The notes under the pieces were generated by a model. It was not told the origin of the DNA. It ran no database searches and was given only the letters and a program-made list of their open reading frames with translations. Position numbers and translations under genes: made by a program. Below, piece after piece: positions 53,901 through 62,675 of a stretch of DNA of 64,000 nt. This DNA is from Botryllus schlosseri (Eukaryota), in contig CM119373.1 in NCBI GenBank assembly GCA_051294905.1, positions 30,442,001 to 30,506,000 on the forward strand. Direction: 5' to 3'. The stretch's first letter is position 1. Each line of letters opens with the position of its first letter.

Positions 53901-56900
53901 GTCAAGGTTGGGGTTCGGATATCCTAAGATTAGGGTTAGGCATATCGTAAGGTTAGGGCCGGGAAGGAGATATTAGGGTTGAGAGAGTGTGGATATTAGG
54001 GTTCGGGAAGGGGAATATTAGGGTTGGAGGTGGGTTAGGGTATCCCAAGATTAGGTTTGGGGGAGGGGGGATATTAGGGTGGGGGGCGACGGATATTTGG
54101 GTTGAGACTATCGTGTCCCTCACCCCAACCCTAATCTTGGGATACCCGAATCCCAACTTTGAACCAACTCTCAACCCTAATATCTATCACTCCCACCCCT
54201 AATCTTGGGATATCCTAACCTTAACTTTGACCATAACCCGCATCCAACCCTAAACCCTAATATCCCCCTCCCCGAACCCTAATAACACCACTCCCCAAAC
54301 CGTAATATCCCCTGCCCCAACCCTAATATCCCCCTTGCCCAACCCTAATGTCCCCCTTCCCCAACCGTAATACCATCCTTCCTCCAACCCTAATATCCCC
54401 CTCCCCTAACCCTAATTTCCCCCAACTCTAATAGCTGTCTCTCCAAAGGCCAAAAAACAATCTATTTTGACGTTTATCAATTTTGACGATTTCATGGGAA
54501 ACATTTATTAGTTTCACGGGGATCACTTCTCGATGTTTGGGGAATACCGAAGAAGTGCCGAACTTGTTCACCACACTCTCTCACGGCACCCCTGAGCAGT
54601 TCAATTGGCACACTAGAGCCGGCCACGGCACACCGGTTGAGAACCACTGAGCCCAGCATGTGCTGTCCGTCAAGAGGCATTCACTCCAATATCGCTTCTC
54701 TCATTTGAGACCTGCATTTTGGTATTGAACTGGTTCAGCTTTTGCTATTGTTGTGGGCTTGACAATGATGTTTCTGCAGTGTTAGTTGTTTGCATGTGAC
54801 TTATCTGGCGTATAAAAAAGTCTCAGTAGAAACAAAATCAAATCATAGCGTCACAGATGCGTAAAATTCCTCAAGTAATCCACTGAGAATAATAAAGTTT
54901 GAATGGGCTTTTTGTTTGTTTTTTTGGGTATTCATGGTGTTTGTCGACTACTATGGTCACTTACACCAGGCCGATATTCTTTTAATTTTCCGTAACTGCC
55001 GACTAATAGCACGGCCCACCTCTAGGCTTTTGTAAGACACCGCTGACGCGGATGAAATTGCGAGGAGGAGCCTAGGTAAACCTCCAACACTTACTTATCG
55101 GAATTCGGAAGTCGACCTCGGTCGGACTCGACCCCGCACCCATTTGTGTTGCAGCCGCGGATTATACCACTGCGCTATCTCGCCACATACTTGCAAAGGG
55201 TAATTCCGATGCTATATTGACGGAATCGCCCTGAAATGGCATTCACTTCGTCTTGAAATTATTTTTCTACCACGATTTTCCGGTTTCTTGCGTTTTAACA
55301 CTGCATGCAAGTAGCTGCAACATAATGTCTGAAATCACAACTTACTTCTCTGACAGATATAACCGTGGCCACCGTAACTTGGAACATGGTTTTCTTTACG
55401 ATTCGTACCACTACTTGCCGAACTCCAGATCACCAACGTTTGGTACGTGTCTGCCGTCTGTTAACGAAGTGATATGTGACCGGTAATTTTATCGGAATGA
55501 AACCGCCATGCCAGGTCTATATTCCAGCTGCACATGCGAGAAGTTGAACGATAAAACCGATAACCTTTAGCACCTTTACCGATAACCCCAATATATTCGG
55601 TCGACATTCAAAAGATATGTCATCTAGCGCATTTCCAAAACTTCAGAGCATTATTCAAAAAGCTTCACAGCTTGGACATGAAATAAACTAGAAATGCTGC
55701 ATCTGGACACCAGTAACCTATATAAGAAATATATCAATATTCCCAATGTAGCGATCGCAACTCGCGGCGGAACCGTCATATTTGCAAAGTGTGGTCTGCA
55801 TCTTCCTCGAAACAGTTTTAAGAGATTAACACTCTCGGCTCTAAACAAATATTAACGAACATGACGACAACGTTGTAACTAGGGTGGCATTTAAAACAAA
55901 AATCAGTTTGAAACAATTGTGTTTAAAATATGTTTTGTTTTTTAGCAACGGCGTCACGAATCTTTTATTGTGACGTAACGGTGGATTGATTTTGTTATAT
56001 GACTCCTTAGGAATTAAAACTAAAATATAGGGTCAGTATGGCTCCTTTCCCGAGCTTTTCATCCCATACCAGAACTACATCGTCATGCAGCATCCTTACC
56101 GTCCACGGTCATCATCATCAGAACATTCATTCCGTTCGCTTGTGTCGACTACATCTAGTGCAAGTCCGCCGAAGGCTTATCCTACATGCACAAGTATTTA
56201 CACAATTATTATTATACAGCTTTCGTGAATTTTTTTGGAAATGGCATTTATTTAAAGCACATCTTGTTTTAAATTTAACCATAGTTGTAACCGACATGAA
56301 TGCTCACTTCATTATCGCTTGTCCACAGAATGACTTCACTCCAGCCTTCTGGTATTATATCAGCCACTTCACTCTGTATAGTGGCGTACTGCTCGCCGCC
56401 GGTGATCTTGACCACTTCCGCGTGCAGATTTTCGCAATCGCTGCGAGCGTTGTGAAATTTGACCCTACCCCACCAGTCGATTTTCGCCGAATATCTGTAG
56501 CCGTCGTAGTCGAATTGATGCGTGCCCCCGGCTGTTACAAATCAAGTGCTTCTATTACAGTCAAAGTCTGGACCTATGCAGAGATTACGTTGACCTCCGT
56601 TGAACAGAATTATACCAAGTACCAATCTAGTTCGTCGACTGTCAACAAGCTACTGTTTTTTAGAACTTCTACTTGCAGATTTTGAAGAATACGTATAGAC
56701 TTATGGTTCTATAGTTGCGCATTAAAAAATAGTTGCCAAACAACTATAAAACACGAGTCGTCGTTCATACCGAATCGCGACACCAGTGCTCTGTTGTGGA
56801 ATGCTCTTGCAGCTATTTCTATAGCTCACGGTCATCACTACTGGTAGTGCTGTAGCAAGGAGATAAGTATTCGGGGTCGAAACCCTGCCTAATTCAAGCT

Positions 56901-57176
56901 CGAGACCCAGTCACGTTTCGAAATGCTGATTACATCTTCAGTAATTCTTAACCGTTGAATCAAAACTATAATAAGCAGTGTTTTAGTTGTTAATTGTGGA
57001 TTTGTAAATGTATTTATTTCTAGTTCTAAGGGTCTATTGATATATCGGGAGCTACATAACTGTTCCAACAGTATCGGTTACGATAAGCAGAAATACTCAC
57101 GCTGCAATCGCACCATTTCGACTTTTCCAGCCATCATCACCACCAAGGCTAACACGAGCACCCCAATAGACGCCAT
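32833..57176 (-). CDS. Adhesion GPCR gene, 19 coding exons, about 872 aa: SP, CTLD-like, mucin stalk, HormR-like, GAIN/GPS, 7TM
   Basis: Exons join in frame at every junction: 57101-57176, 56308-56531, 55346-55457, 52025-52342, 50063-50152, 48613-48722, 48094-48216, 45691-45769, 45514-45632, 44208-44417, 42582-42704, 41798-41932, 40842-40951, 38612-38708, 38348-38458, 37614-37740, 37394-37554, 35838-36008, 32833-32955 (2619 nt). GPS motif CVFWDFNIGNWSTKGC...CQCNHL/TNFAILV and seven family-B2-type TM segments. Confidence 0.93.
33190..33360 (-). mobile_element. Diverged Penelope-like pLTR relic with a mutated hammerhead core
   Basis: Reverse complement GATTACCCCAAATGAATGTCAGCCGAAAGTATTCGGGTTT aligns to the pLTR. 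Confidence 0.6.
34205..34710. mobile_element. Penelope-like insertion forming a 224-bp perfect inverted repeat
   Basis: Arms 34237-34460 and 34487-34710, 26-nt spacer, 14-bp direct repeat GGATTTTGGTGATG at 34191-34204 and 34711-34724; 2 substitutions relative to the 22029 copy. Confidence 0.92.
34639..34683 (+). ncRNA. Minimal type-I hammerhead ribozyme motif in the pLTR; identical or near-identical copies on the minus strand at 34264-34308, 22056-22100 and 28583-28627
   Basis: accc-CUGAcGA-g(ugucagc)c-GAAA-auauUC-gggu: complete core, 1-bp stem II, palindromic stem III AAUAUU, 4-bp stem I. Confidence 0.75.
34818..35011 (-). mobile_element. Truncated hAT MITE family A, reverse orientation, nested in family B
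   Basis: Reverse complement begins CAGTGGCTCTCAAACTGGGG; aligns to 43629 and 51157; flank CCTCAGAA. Confidence 0.75.
35836..35837 (-). other. Non-canonical GC 5' splice site of the last aGPCR intron (GC-AG)
   Basis: CAG|GCGAGT; required to join NSFQ to GVIIFY in phase 0. Confidence 0.8.
35838..36008 (-). CDS. aGPCR exon 18: TM6 and start of TM7
   Basis: IESTKIQRSTTQNVVTSVCLATMMGLSWVFGYLMLVSENPTFLNAMSWLFTITNSFQ; donor CAG|GCGAGT. Confidence 0.93.
36397..37380 (-). mobile_element. MITE family E in aGPCR intron 17
   Basis: TIR TAGGGATGGTGTGAAC; TSD TGAAATAG/TGAAATAC. Confidence 0.85.
37394..37554 (-). CDS. aGPCR exon 17: ECL2 and TM5
   Basis: NATLESSYRSRNFCWLRHYSLYFGFLLPVAMLLLFNVVVYCIVIPKITCKIAQ; CWL and FxxP...N motifs. 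Confidence 0.95.
37614..37740 (-). CDS. aGPCR exon 16: TM4
   Basis: VMASYGRRFKIQYAACFGYGAPIVIVLLNAGITLGHIDRNVT; GYGxP motif; followed by a 59-nt intron. Confidence 0.93.
38348..38458 (-). CDS. aGPCR exon 15: TM3
   Basis: VDTVHCSILTVFMHFFFLTTWTWTGVYSYTIYRDIVQ; conserved TM3 Cys, HxFxL and W. Confidence 0.93.
38612..38708 (-). CDS. aGPCR exon 14: ICL1 and TM2
   Basis: RLRKKYQMQILGNICLCLAIALTLFVGGVHYQ; phase 2 to 0. Confidence 0.93.
40308..40800 (-). mobile_element. LINE (CR1/L2/Crack-like) 3' fragment: ORF2 C-terminus, 3' UTR and (TGA)n tail
   Basis: FMYQFH..CP..F..FF...H.YNTR...SIKYAGPDVWNSIP.AIRQS.S.STFKSKYK..LL; AATAAA followed by (TGA)5. Confidence 0.85.
40842..40951 (-). CDS. aGPCR exon 13: TM1
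   Basis: SRVELPADPALSIVTYIGVGLSILGLFFTLLIICLS; phase 0 to 2. Confidence 0.95.
41798..41932 (-). CDS. aGPCR exon 12: GPS autoproteolysis motif and Stachel
   Basis: KVVTSFECVFWDFNIGNWSTKGCSLLSSEPATCQCNHLTNFAILV; all GPS Cys/Trp present; HL|T site. Confidence 0.97.
42582..42704 (-). CDS. aGPCR exon 11 (GAIN subdomain B)
   Basis: VISSSLGNSTHLLEEIALSDPVIIRRNIILEPTGLKIVDNK; phase 0 to 0. Confidence 0.88.
43629..43904 (+). mobile_element. hAT MITE family A
   Basis: TIR CAGTGGTTCTCAAAC; TSD CTCCATAC/CTTCATAC. Confidence 0.88.
43925..44058 (-). mobile_element. Second tRNA-derived SINE-like fragment
   Basis: Reverse complement GATAGCATAATGGTGGAGCG...GGATTCAATCTCC...GTCAGACCAAAGAC. Confidence 0.5.
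44208..44417 (-). CDS. aGPCR exon 10 (GAIN subdomain B)
   Basis: VSDISDVDTPYVF...ITIPAEAL...LRVVSVGYRSSVFFPSEITTDW; donor GTGAGT. Confidence 0.9.
45514..45632 (-). CDS. aGPCR exon 9 (GAIN)
   Basis: VERPAERQNLVRSFERISRHLDSGDTSSVSVFTHSVHVE; phase 1 to 0. Confidence 0.85.
45691..45769 (-). CDS. aGPCR exon 8 (GAIN)
   Basis: YSRKEIIEAASIFGHISEYYNETKVA; donor GTAAGT; followed by a 58-nt intron. Confidence 0.85.
45903..47100 (+). mobile_element. hAT MITE family C retaining a transposase dimerisation-domain relic
   Basis: TIRs; TSD ATATAGAT/ATCTAGAT; internal YPNVS..A....TTYICCNGFPALVYIKS. Confidence 0.88.
46312..46633 (+). mobile_element. hAT MITE family A nested in family C
   Basis: Ends CAGCGGTTCTCAAAC and GTTTGAGAACGACTG; flanks TGCTAAAA/TGCTAGAT. 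Confidence 0.85.
47141..47430 (-). mobile_element. hAT MITE family A, reverse orientation
   Basis: Degenerate TIRs; TSD ATCCAGAC/ATCTAGAC. Confidence 0.8.
48094..48216 (-). CDS. aGPCR exon 7: GAIN subdomain A helices
   Basis: PLGNTTLEDLDFATANVSALTENQVEQVVEYLNNISNLNAQ; phase 0 to 0. Confidence 0.88.
48613..48722 (-). CDS. aGPCR exon 6: HormR-like module, second half
   Basis: DENTALASILCLIEDFYNATSLKVSRCKSIDSVISA; TAG acceptor, GTGAGT donor, phase 1 to 0. Confidence 0.85.
48923..49549. mobile_element. hAT-like MITE family F; related pieces near 5695-5920 and 55880-56140
   Basis: Ends CAGGGTTGCATTTAAAA and TTTTAAATGCAGCCTTA; TSD CCATGGTC/CCATGATC. Confidence 0.75.
50063..50152 (-). CDS. aGPCR exon 5: HormR-like module, first half
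   Basis: SCSVKQSISGFAFPPTRPRLTAYSEEKCS; AAG acceptor, GTATGT donor, phase 1 to 1; C-x7-GFxFP...C pattern; not in the ORF track. Confidence 0.75.
50488..51635 (+). mobile_element. hAT MITE family B
   Basis: Ends CAGGAGTGGGCAAAC and GTTCGCCCATTCCTG; perfect TSD AACTAGAT; colinear with 33607-35189. Confidence 0.9.
51157..51467 (+). mobile_element. hAT MITE family A nested in family B
   Basis: TIRs; perfect TSD CCTTAGAA. Confidence 0.9.
52025..52342 (-). CDS. aGPCR exon 4: Ser/Thr-rich mucin-like stalk
   Basis: VHFDSPIAVTTSSPTPNTTAS...STKESLVA; CAG acceptor, GTAAGC donor, phase 1 to 1. Confidence 0.88.
53625..54430. repeat. Telomere-like foldback: G-rich TTAGGG-containing arm followed by a C-rich CCCTAA-containing arm
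   Basis: Many (A/T)TTAGGGT units at 53630-54100 and AACCCTAAT units at 54120-54420; motif GGATATCC(T/C)AAGATTAGGG present in both orientations. Confidence 0.85.
54909..55186 (-). mobile_element. tRNA-derived SINE; degenerate copy at about 52700-52830 (+), tail-only copy at about 44630-44690
   Basis: A-box TAGCGCAGTGG, B-box-like GGGTCGAGTCC, A-rich tail. Confidence 0.65.
55346..55457 (-). CDS. aGPCR exon 3: CTLD C-terminal part
   Basis: TADTYQTLVIWSSASSGTNRKENHVPSYGGHGYICQR; donor GTAAGT, phase 0 to 1; ends in the CTLD-type YIC motif. Confidence 0.85.
56308..56531 (-). CDS. aGPCR exon 2: C-type-lectin-like domain, N-terminal part
   Basis: GGTHQFDYDGYRYSAKIDWWGRVKFHNARSDCENLHAEVVKI...ILWTSDNE; CAG acceptor, GTGAGC donor, phase 1 to 0. 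Confidence 0.85.
57101..57176 (-). CDS. aGPCR exon 1: signal peptide MASIGVLVLALVVMMAGKVEMVRLQ
   Basis: ATG, hydrophobic core, donor C|GTGAGT in phase 1, matching exon 2. Confidence 0.8.
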
Positions 57177-59173
57177 AGTGAACGATCGTCTCTACTGTAT
57201 AGTCATGAAATAGACTTATATAAGAACTGCTCGAAAACACAACAGGCAATGCCAGGGTTTATCTGAAAAATAAAACAGGCTTGTAGTACTATAAAAAGAC
57301 GAGACTTGACTGAGACGAAACGGCGGTTGTGCCCCACATTTATCGCGTATAGGTATGCAGCTAAATTGTCCAATGTCCACGCACCGAAGGGTTTCGTGGC
57401 AATGAAATATGCAATTGTGACGTTTTATTAAATCTTTTAGCAAATGAAATACCCAGTAAGCTATTAAACTTTGAAAAATAAATACTAGTTATATCGACTT
57501 CCCCACATGCCACTTCATTTTCGTTGCTTCACGTTTGAAATGTCTCGTGTCTCGTCTCGCATGCATGGTCTGGTACAAAACATTTTTAAGAGTAGCCTGC
57601 AACTCGTTTCGGACGAGTTATGTATGAAAGCGACGGAGACATTCAAACAAACTTCGGTACATTCCGACAGTCCAATTGAACGACAATTGACACAATCACA
57701 ATCAAATTATTATTCATCTTCAACAGGACTTCGCGAGCTTCGCCTTACAGAAACTTCAATAGAACCGCTTTTAAATGTCTGATATAGAAAACGCAGCATT
57801 AAATGAGCTTTACAATATTTCATTTGAGTCTCATATATTTGTCGTAATTAAATGTATGGTTAATTTTGGTTTTTGAGCGTTCACCGGTGCGTAACATTTC
57901 TTCTAAAGTTTTACCGGTCTGAGAGATCAAAAAAGCTGATACCAACTGTTCTAGGTCGCAGTGGGTGTCTGTTGTCTGATTAAATAACTATACTCCAAAT
58001 TGTTTCGAAACCTTCCAATCTTTTCATTTTAACATAATCTGGTGGTGTTTTTAAATTATGGAATTATCTCTAAACTGATCTGAATGAAACTGAACAGGAA
58101 GAAAAACCTTTCCTTCGTGTCCTGCCAGCCGACTAACAAGGCCACCTCGAATATAGAACCGGTCTGCTTCAAACCGAGCAAATTGTGCAACTAAAACGTC
58201 CGGATTTGCGTATGCATGTTCTTTTGCAGGAAACAAACTTTTTCGTTATCTTTTGAACCACAATAGAGATTATCACATGTCACTCAGCTCATAAATGCGC
58301 CATGTACGTAATAGCACTACAATCATCTATATATAGGCATCAGGACACAACAAGATACCCAGACAATGACGACATCATTACATAATCGGATGACATGTCT
58401 CCTCGTGTTTGAAGGGTAACTCTTGGCTCTTACGCGCGGCCGATCAATCCGCGATACGTGGGGTAACGTACCGCCCTGTGGCAATGCGGTAAGACTACAC
58501 AAGTCTACAATGCGTGTCGACGAAATACATTATAACACATATCAATCAATCAATCAATGTACATATTATATTTTCATGTCTTGTATCTTGGCATTGATGC
58601 GGTTACAGTCAGGCGATGGTCCAGGTATACTAAAAAAATGGATACAGCTGCTGGAAGCCTTTTAATAAAATACATACCTAATTTTAGATGAATATAAATA
58701 TAAACAAGGAACAGTTGCTTCCAACCATTCGTGTATTCTAGTCTTCCAAAGTAAGTGAACACGGTTTTTATGCTAGTAGTGCAGTCTTTCGCAACACGGT
58801 TTGTGTCAAAATTCTGGAAAACTTTCAACTCGACATTCAACTCGACTGCAAGCAAATTCCGAGCATTTTCGTGGCAACGTCCGAGCTTCCATGCTCATAC
58901 TCCCGCACTATTGAAGCAAGCCAATATCGATGAGGACAAATAACGGATATATCGTATGAAACATAAAGAATCTGACATCGAGTTATTTTGGTGTTTTGTG
59001 TACTATATCTCTGCTCAGTCTACATATATGAGTAGATATACCGCAGATAAGTCTACCCCTACACGGTAATATAGAGGCCTAAGCCAAGAACTGATCAGTG
59101 AAATTTCATTATTAACATATAAGATAGTGCTATATGTCAAAGGAAATTTTCAAAACTCAGAATCACTCATTAC

Positions 59174-59688
59174 TAGGGCTGGGCACAATGATTCGAGTAC
59201 TCGAATCTGAATCGAGTATTAATTTTAATGATTCGAGTCGAGACGTAAAATACGATTTTTTCGAGTAATGAAATTATACGCTTCTCGCCACTAAAAGTTA
59301 ATTTATCAACGAGAATTCTAGTTTCGATAATAATTTTCACTGTTGAAGCCTTGAAACCTTGATTGGCAGTATTGTAGCTTACGAAACATAGTACAAACCT
59401 ACGGAGGTTACTGGACGTAGCGCATTTACGAAGTCATGATAATCCCACAACATTTTCACCGAGTGGAATGGAATCGGTATGGTCGGTAAAATACCAAAGT
59501 ATCTTTTACGAGATGGATAACCGGCATTGTATTCTTTGTGGTAGCAAAAACGGTGCATATTTGAACTTAGACGTAATACATTCCGTTATGACGTCATAAT
59601 GGGTGATACTCGATTACTCGACTCGACTCGAAGCATATTACGTGATTCAGAATCGAATCACTTCGGTACTCGATTTTGCCCAGCCCTA
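59174..59688 (+). mobile_element. hAT MITE family D
   Basis: Perfect TIR TAGGGCTGGGCA; perfect TSD CTCATTAC. Confidence 0.92.
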
Positions 59689-60356
59689 CTCATTACTTCA
59701 CGAGTTTCGTCACGCGGTCGACCATTAGTTGATTTGAATTTGCCCAATAAGATACTGACGCGCCGTTGAGCAATAGAAGCCAGAATGCCACGTCATCCTA
59801 ACTCAATATATTATTAAACAGAAGTGCCTATACCAGGGGCGGCTAAGCCGTGGCGCGCGGCCAACATTCGGCCCACGAGAAGGTTTTGAGTGACCCGCCA
59901 AGTACTTTTCGAAATTAGTTACATTAATAGAAATCGATTGCCCAGATTGTGAACTTACGAGGCCAACCAAAAATTTGATTAGTCTGTCCGCAACACTTGG
60001 GATGTTGATGACTAAGCATTAGTTCCGACACATTGGCAGATCTATGGGACAGCCACATTTGTTATAGATATTCGTACATTACAATAAAGTAGAATATTTT
60101 ACAGCAGATATATCCAGGGTTGTAACCAAGTCACAAGGTTTCGAGTCATAAGTCAATCTCACATTTATAGTTTTGACTCGAGTCAAGTCGAGTCATTTTG
60201 AATTCACCACCGAGTCAAGTCCGAGTCCAAGTCTGCTAGTGGAGGCTCGAGTTCGAGTCATAGTATTTTGACTGGAGTCCGAGTCCAAGTAAATATGTTC
60301 ACTGTTCAGTTTTCAGTTCAATCCGGTTCAATCCACATTTCTCAAAACTGCTAGAG

Positions 60357-60810
60357 CAGTGGTTCTCGACCTTTTTCTCTTTGCGGACCCCTTTTGGACA
60401 GTCAGGAACCCCGCGGACCCCCTCAAGTTTTCGATCAAAATGAGCTCAATTATCGTGCAACCGTCATCTGTCTTGCGTAAATATTAACTGTAGGCTTGTG
60501 AGAAACAGACACAAAATGATATTTAGTGAAAATAACATCATACTATATGTAGAAATTGAGTAGGCTTTTTTATTTCGAAGCGAATTTTGCAGCTGTATTT
60601 ATTGTCATTAGGACTGGTTAAGAAAAAAATTCAGGAATTGCTATTTCGAACCCCCCCCCAACAAAACGTCTCTAAACAGCAATATGTTTGTATCAGTAGA
60701 CTATTCGCAATTTGGCAATTAAAATGAGTTTGCACGGTAGGATATTTTATCTCAAACAACCATTTTAATGATCTGAGTCCAGATGTTTTAGCAAATATTA
60801 AGCGATACTG
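60357..60810 (-). mobile_element. Partial family C hAT MITE
   Basis: CAGTGGTTCTCGACC...GCGGACCCC; reverse complement of the 35400-35618 and 46900-47100 ends. Confidence 0.75.
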
Positions 60811-60817
60811 TATCATG

Positions 60818-61770
60818 TAGTGTTGGGATGACTCGAGTCATGACTTGACTCGAGTCAGACTCGAGTCACCTTTTTCGTATGATTTGACTTGACTCGAGTC
60901 CCTTTGCTAAAATGACTTGACTCGACTTGACTCGGCGTATCAGAAATGCGGATTGACTCGTGACTCGGAGCAAAATTTTCGAGTCAATTTCAAGTCATTA
61001 AGTAATCGGTGTCGATAAAAATCACTGTATCTTGCACATGGCCGGATTGTTCGCGAACCGATGGTGTAACCCGTGACAGCGACCAATTATTCAATGATCG
61101 TGCGTTTTACTGAGCCTCCATTGTTCTCTCACAAATAAATTGAGCTCAAACGAAGTGATCGAAGCTTACTTTGTCGTAAACTAGTATAGTACAGTAATTT
61201 AATAGCAAAATGTATATCTTTATTCTTACCTTAACCAAACCTCTTTGTTTTATTGAAATTGAATTCGAATATAGTTTGAAGTCCTCAATCATTGGCGCAG
61301 GCTCGAATTGTATCATATCAATTTGTAAATGGTTATTGTATTGCCTCTTATCAATTCGTTTCTCTATTCTCTGGTAACTATATAAACTGAGGCTATGCAA
61401 TTGCTTGCGTAGTTTAGCAGTTCTACGTATATGTGAGCGAAACAGCGCCTTCTTGCATATATATTTAACTCTATATTCGTTCATTGCTTCCAAATCAATG
61501 ACCACTCAATCTGTACTTCAGACAGCTAGCAAAATGCAACGACTTAATCATACCTCATGCCTCGAAAAGGCAACTTGACTTGAATTCTGACTTGACTCGT
61601 GACTTGACTTGACTTGACTCGACTTGACTCGAGTCACCTCCAAAAATCGAGTGACTTGACTTGACTCGAGTCACCTTTGAAAATCGATTGACTTGACTTG
61701 ACTCGAGTCAAAATGTGCAATGACTCGAAATGACTCGTGACTCGAAGGTAGTGACTTGATCCCAACACTG
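60818..61770. mobile_element. MITE family G with GACTCGAGTC/GACTT arrays; related pieces at 9100-9240, 32121-32527, 60115-60356 and 62395-62540
   Basis: Ends AGTGTTGGGAT and ATCCCAACACT; dense palindromic GACTCGAGTC subterminal units; no clear TSD. Confidence 0.75.
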
Positions 61771-61984
61771 GCATGCTTTTGCTTGGGGTTTTACTATGAC
61801 TCGAACTTGTCCTGGAAGAGTCACATTCAATCGCAAGAAAAAATTATATCACCAAACTGTGGTCTGTTCTACAGCCTTAGAGATTACATGCCAGTCTGAG
61901 TCCTTCTGATACTCTTTAAATCATTATTTCAATCGAAGTTACAATATGGAATCATCTTTTGGGAGGCTGCCACTAAAACTGCCG

Positions 61985-62398
61985 AAGCCGCTGCAAAACT
62001 ACAACATCCGGTCCTCCGTATCTTAGCTAGGGCCCCACACGGACCAGGATGTGTGTCCAACAAATCACTACTCAGAAGATTCGATGTCCTAAACATAAAA
62101 GATATGCGGAAACTGGAAATTGCCAAGTTTATGTATCAGTTCCACTGCGGCCACTGTCCCGAAAACTTCAATAACTTCTTTACCTCGGTATCAAAAGTGA
62201 ATATGTACGATACACGCGCGTCTACGTCGTCCAACTATAATATGGTGGACAAAAAAGATCATCGCTCTATCAAATACGCCGGACCTAATTTATGGAACAG
62301 TATCTCGGCGGCTACCCGACAGTCATTGAGCATGTCCACATTCAAGTCAAAATACACTCAATTTCTACTGAATCAATACTATTTTACCGGACCACGAC
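61985..62398 (+). mobile_element. LINE ORF2 C-terminal fragment, same family as the 40308 copy
   Basis: KLQHPVLRIL...VLNIKDMRKLEIAKFMYQFH...SIKYAGPNLWNSI...FKSKYTQFLLNQY; 3' UTR replaced by a family G sequence. Confidence 0.85.
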
Positions 62399-62675
62399 TC
62401 GAGTCACCTTTTTCGAATGACTTGACTTGACTCGATCACTTAGCTAAAATGACTTGACTTGACTCGGCGTATCAGAAATGTGGATTGACTCGTGACTCGG
62501 AGCAAAATTCACGAGTCAATTTCAAGTCATCAAGTATTCGATGTCGATAAAAATCAATGAATCACTGTTCGGATCGTTCGCGAAACGACTGGAAAATGCT
62601 TGTATTATCCAGCACATTTCTCACAAATTTGAGATTTTTAGTAAGAAATACTTCCATTACATAATCCCTTAAGAC

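Noticed and set aside
53625-54430. A true telomere or telomere fusion
   Set aside because: TTAGGG units are not in uninterrupted tandem and sit within a longer motif inside an intact gene
55100-55186. tRNA gene
   Set aside because: The B-box and cloverleaf are degenerate and continue into a SINE body and A-rich tail
56038-56685. Longest ORF in the track (215 aa, plus strand)
   Set aside because: It is the antisense shadow of aGPCR exon 2 plus flanking repeat and intron sequence
56895-56950. Second hammerhead-like motif on the minus strand (CTGAAGATG...CGAAACGTG)
   Set aside because: Position 17 is G and stem I cannot form; at best a dead relic
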